The position numbers and the translations under genes are program-made. From positions 1,054,001-1,118,000 of the forward strand of contig NC_019977.1 of assembly GCF_000328665.1 (NCBI RefSeq): a DNA stretch of 64,000 nucleotides. The letters run 5' to 3'. The DNA is from Methanomethylovorans hollandica DSM 15978 (GTDB lineage: Archaea; Halobacteriota; Methanosarcinia; Methanosarcinales; Methanosarcinaceae). Below, piece by piece: positions 60,659 to 64,000 of this stretch (positions are counted from its first letter, which is position 1; each line of letters starts with the position of its first letter). The notes beneath the pieces were generated by a model, which made no database searches, was not told where the DNA came from, and saw only the letters and a list, made by a program, of their open reading frames with translations.

Positions 60659-60835
60659 ATGACACCATGGGAATATGAGATCAGATCGGTAAGGTTTGGA
60701 AACTGGGATCAGACAAAAGAAGATCTCAACAGAATGGGCATTGATGGCTGGGAACTGGTCAAGTTCTCTGATCAAATCGATGCAAATGTGAGAATGGCAT
60801 ATTTCAAAAGATCGATCGATGGTCTTGATATATGA
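60659..60835 (+). CDS. DUF4177-like small protein, 58 aa (not in ORF track)
   Basis: MTPWEYEI...EDLNRMGIDGWELV...AYFKRS matches the WEY / LN..G..GWELV / FKR pattern; upstream GTTATAAATA TATA box, downstream oligo-T. Confidence 0.8.
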   Translation: MTPWEYEIRSVRFGNWDQTKEDLNRMGIDGWELVKFSDQIDANVRMAYFKRSIDGLDI

Positions 60836-61074
60836 TTTTTTTGTTTACTATCTCCTCTTTTTTATTTTTTCTTTCAGGCATTTGATATTTCATTGATTCC
60901 CAGCAAGGGTAGTCTACAAATACCTTGAGAGACCTTGTCATCTGATAACGTTAATGTTCAGTGCTGATATGAATCGGATCAGACAACAATTGTCATTAAT
61001 GATATCACAATGACAGACTTATGAGGCAACAAGCCAAAATTATCATTACACATTTTACTCTGACAGGTGACAAT

Positions 61075-63852
61075 ATGACCGGAAAAGGAAACCCGTTCGG
61101 TGCAAGAGAGACCGTTGATATTTGTGATGAGAACGTGACGATCTACCGTCTGAGCAAGCTTGAGGAAATGGGTATGGTAAACATATCCCGTTTACCGTAT
61201 TCTATCAGGATATTGCTTGAATCCCTTCTGAGGAATGCAGGAAGCGAGGTTGTAAGTGAGGAGGACGTCCGTAACCTTGCTGCATGGAATCCTGAAAATA
61301 TACAGCAATCGGAGATACCGTTTATTCCTTCAAGGGTCATACTTCAGGATTTCACAGGTGTGCCAGCGGTTGTAGACCTGGCTGCAATAAGATCGGCGAT
61401 GCAACGCCTTGGGGGAAACCCGGCTGAAATCAATCCTGTGGTACCAGTGGATCTTGTAATAGACCATTCGATACAGGTGGATTACTTTGGAACTTCTTAT
61501 GCCATGCATTGTAATGAAAAGTTCGAATTCCACCGTAACCAGGAACGATATGAACTGCTTCACTGGGCACAAAGAGCTTTTGACAATCTCAGGGTTGTAC
61601 CCCCCGGAACAGGCATAATTCATCAGGTAAACCTTGAATATCTGGCGCCTCTGGTACATTTCAGGGAAACGGAACACGGTAAGATAGCATATCCTGATTC
61701 CCTTGTAGGTACCGACTCTCATACGACCATGATCAATGGTCTGGGTGTGCTAGGCTGGGGTGTGGGTGGTATAGAAGCAGAGGCTGTGATGCTTAACCAG
61801 CCCTATTATATGGCTATTCCTGAAGTCTTAGGTTTCAGGCTATATGGTGATCTGAAGGATGGGGTGACAGCAACAGATCTGGTTCTCACTGTAACGCAAA
61901 TGCTAAGGAAATATGGTGTTGTTGACAAGTTCGTGGAGTTCTACGGACCGGGTATGAGAGCTCTTGATCTGACGATAAGGGCAACCCTGGCGAACATGGG
62001 CCCGGAATATGGGGCTACAATGGGATTCTTCCCTGCTGATGAGAAGACCCTGGAATATATGCTTATGACAGGCAGGGACAGGAAGCATGTGGACATGGTC
62101 CGCGAGTACCTCAAGATACAGGGACTGTTCGTAACTGATGATTCTCCGGAACCTGTATTCACACATACGCTGGAACTTGACATGAGCACCGTGGAACCAT
62201 GCCTGGCAGGACCCAAAAGACCTCAGGATCGCATAATGCTTTCCGAAATGCCCCACGTATTCCACAAGGCAATGGAAACGTCATTCAAAGAAAAGAGAGG
62301 AGGAGAGTTACTCGCAGCAGATCCGGAATACAATCGCTGGCTGGAAGAGGGGGGGTACAGTGTTGCAAAGGACAAATATCCTGGTCATTCTGGTCTTCTG
62401 AAGATCAAATGTTCTGAAGATAATGTTTCTGTCTCGCATGGTGCTGTGGTTATTGCATCCATTACTTCATGCACCAATACTTCCAATCCCGCCGTGCTCA
62501 TAGGTGCAGGGCTGCTTGCAAAGAAAGCGGTGGAGAGGGGACTGCGGGTGAAACCCTTTGTGAAGACAAGCTTGTCTCCGGGTTCTAGGGTAGTAACCGA
62601 CTATCTGAAAGCTTCGGAATTAACACCTTATCTCGAGGCTCTGGGATTCCATGAGGTAGGATATGGATGTACCACATGTATCGGTAACAGTGGTCCTCTG
62701 AAGGATTCAGTGTCTCAGGCAATAAAGAACAAAGACCTTACAGTTGCTGCAGTACTTAGCGGTAACAGGAATTTCGAGGGCAGAATCAATGCCCAGATAA
62801 AGGCGAACTATCTTGCTTCTCCCATACTGGTGGTCGCATTTGCTCTTGCAGGTACAGTGGACATCGATCTTACCCGGGAACCTGTAGCATGTGATCCTAA
62901 TGGGCAGCCAGTGTATCTGAAAGATATATGGCCCGGACGGGAAGAGATCAATGATTATGTTTCCAGGTATGTTCTTCCTGAAATGTTTGAAAACCAATAC
63001 TCCAATGTGTTTGAAGGCACACAGCTGTGGAAGCAAATGAATGCTCCCAGCGGAACCCAATATAGCTGGAATCCTGAATCCACTTATATCCAGGAGCCAC
63101 CTTTCTTCAAGGATTTCCCACTTGATATAAGGGCAAAACAGGATATAAAGGGTGCAAGGGTTCTGGCAATGCTGGGTGACAGTATAACCACTGACCATAT
63201 ATCACCTGCAGGGTCCATACCTGCACACTATCCTGCCGGAGAATATCTCCTTAACCGCGGTGTAGATGAAAAGCATTTTAATTCATATGGAGCCCGCAGA
63301 GGAAATCATGAGGTCATGATGCGTGGGACCTTTGGTAATGTCAGGCTCAAAAATCAGCTTGTTCCAGGAAAAGTGGGCTCCTGGACCTTGCATCTGCCTG
63401 ACAGACAGGAGATGTACATCTATGATGCTGCCATGCAGTATATGAAAGATAAAGTCCCATTGATAGTGATCGCAGGCAAAGAGTATGGTACTGGAAGTTC
63501 TCGCGACTGGGCTGCCAAGGGTACTCAGCTTTTGGGAGTCCAAGCAGTGATAGCTGAATCATTCGAGCGTATTCACCGCAGCAATCTTATAGGCATGGGA
63601 GTACTTCCCCTGCAATTCAAGGAAGGAGAGAATTTCAGAACCTTTGGATTAGATGGGACTGAAGTATATGATCTGTTGGATATTGCCATGTTGCAGCCCG
63701 CCGGTGAACTGAGGGTTGTGGCCCACAAGGCAGATGGCACCGCAAAAACCTTCAATGTCATTGTAAGGCTTAATTCTTCCATTGAGGTGGAATATTTCCG
63801 AAATGGAGGAATATTGCATAGGTTCCTCAGGGAGAATATCAAAGGGAACTGA
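61075..63852 (+). CDS. acnA: Aconitate hydratase A
   Basis: RLPYSIRILLESLLR, QDFTGVPAVVDLAA, DLVIDHS, GTDSHT, ITSCTNTSNP, GYGCTTCIGNSG, GTGSSRDWAAKG; GGTGA RBS before ATG 61075. Confidence 0.97.
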   Translation: MTGKGNPFGARETVDICDENVTIYRLSKLEEMGMVNISRLPYSIRILLESLLRNAGSEVVSEEDVRNLAAWNPENIQQSEIPFIPSRVILQDFTGVPAVVDLAAIRSAMQRLGGNPAEINPVVPVDLVIDHSIQVDYFGTSYAMHCNEKFEFHRNQERYELLHWAQRAFDNLRVVPPGTGIIHQVNLEYLAPLVHFRETEHGKIAYPDSLVGTDSHTTMINGLGVLGWGVGGIEAEAVMLNQPYYMAIPEVLGFRLYGDLKDGVTATDLVLTVTQMLRKYGVVDKFVEFYGPGMRALDLTIRATLANMGPEYGATMGFFPADEKTLEYMLMTGRDRKHVDMVREYLKIQGLFVTDDSPEPVFTHTLELDMSTVEPCLAGPKRPQDRIMLSEMPHVFHKAMETSFKEKRGGELLAADPEYNRWLEEGGYSVAKDKYPGHSGLLKIKCSEDNVSVSHGAVVIASITSCTNTSNPAVLIGAGLLAKKAVERGLRVKPFVKTSLSPGSRVVTDYLKASELTPYLEALGFHEVGYGCTTCIGNSGPLKDSVSQAIKNKDLTVAAVLSGNRNFEGRINAQIKANYLASPILVVAFALAGTVDIDLTREPVACDPNGQPVYLKDIWPGREEINDYVSRYVLPEMFENQYSNVFEGTQLWKQMNAPSGTQYSWNPESTYIQEPPFFKDFPLDIRAKQDIKGARVLAMLGDSITTDHISPAGSIPAHYPAGEYLLNRGVDEKHFNSYGARRGNHEVMMRGTFGNVRLKNQLVPGKVGSWTLHLPDRQEMYIYDAAMQYMKDKVPLIVIAGKEYGTGSSRDWAAKGTQLLGVQAVIAESFERIHRSNLIGMGVLPLQFKEGENFRTFGLDGTEVYDLLDIAMLQPAGELRVVAHKADGTAKTFNVIVRLNSSIEVEYFRNGGILHRFLRENIKGN

Positions 63853-64000
63853 GTTTCCCTTTAGATCATTTTTTAATAAATTTTAAAAATATTATGCTAC
63901 CCGGTGGTCCTGGCATGAAAAACAGTAAAATATAAAAAGAGCTTTGTCGGCATATATAAGTAATACCGACAGCAGATCAATAATTATAATTTAGTATATT

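Noticed and set aside
60950..60975. IRE-like CAGTGC loop upstream of aconitase
   Set aside because: Stem is weak and mis-registered, and the bulged C of an IRE is missing
19953..63842. Many antisense or alternate-frame ORFs in the track (e.g. 30619-31386, 41580-42341, 27046-27744, 24780-25400)
   Set aside because: Shadow ORFs of well-supported genes with no independent motifs
1..64000. Pyrrolysine (in-frame TAG) read-through genes
   Set aside because: TAG-terminated genes appear complete; the one internal TAG noticed is in the LVIVD pseudogene, which also has a TAA and frameshifts

Overview
A 64-kb chromosomal window from a methanogenic archaeon of the Methanosarcinaceae, probably Methanomethylovorans/Methanolobus-like. 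This placement is inferred from archaeal GatE, an HdrA-MvhD fusion plus polyferredoxin, a DNRLRE surface protein, a PGF-CTERM protein, TATA promoters and GGTGA/GGAGG ribosome-binding sites. Housekeeping genes: 3' end of pheT, amtB-glnK, hcp, hdrA-polyferredoxin, gatE, carAB-argG, metY-metX(CBS), engB and acnA. An accessory stretch (about 0.3-19.6 kb) holds an MNT-HEPN toxin-antitoxin pair, a sirtuin, a 7-repeat propeller/DNRLRE surface protein preceded by a decayed LVIVD-repeat gene, a Zn-finger PD-(D/E)xK nuclease candidate, an AlkZ-like glycosylase, TetR-DUF1638 with a perfect 20-bp palindrome, and an AT-rich RloC-like ABC-ATPase/HEPN gene. From 38 to 60 kb lies a large alpha-glucan (glycogen) locus: two divergent operons (GH57-like, GH57, ACT-V4R, GH15, debranching enzyme / GT3 synthase, GalT-like, GT4) plus glgP, interleaved with two PAS histidine kinases and a KaiC-like ATPase with a small partner gene. 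The best leads are: the V4R/KaiC/kinase-associated glycogen locus; a surface-anchored mono-CxxCH protein with no Met or second His; the solitary RloC-like gene; a multi-hairpin element upstream of glgP; and three small ORFs missing from the supplied track. No rRNA, tRNA, CRISPR array or intact transposase was recognised. All family calls come from reading motifs by eye, not from database searches.
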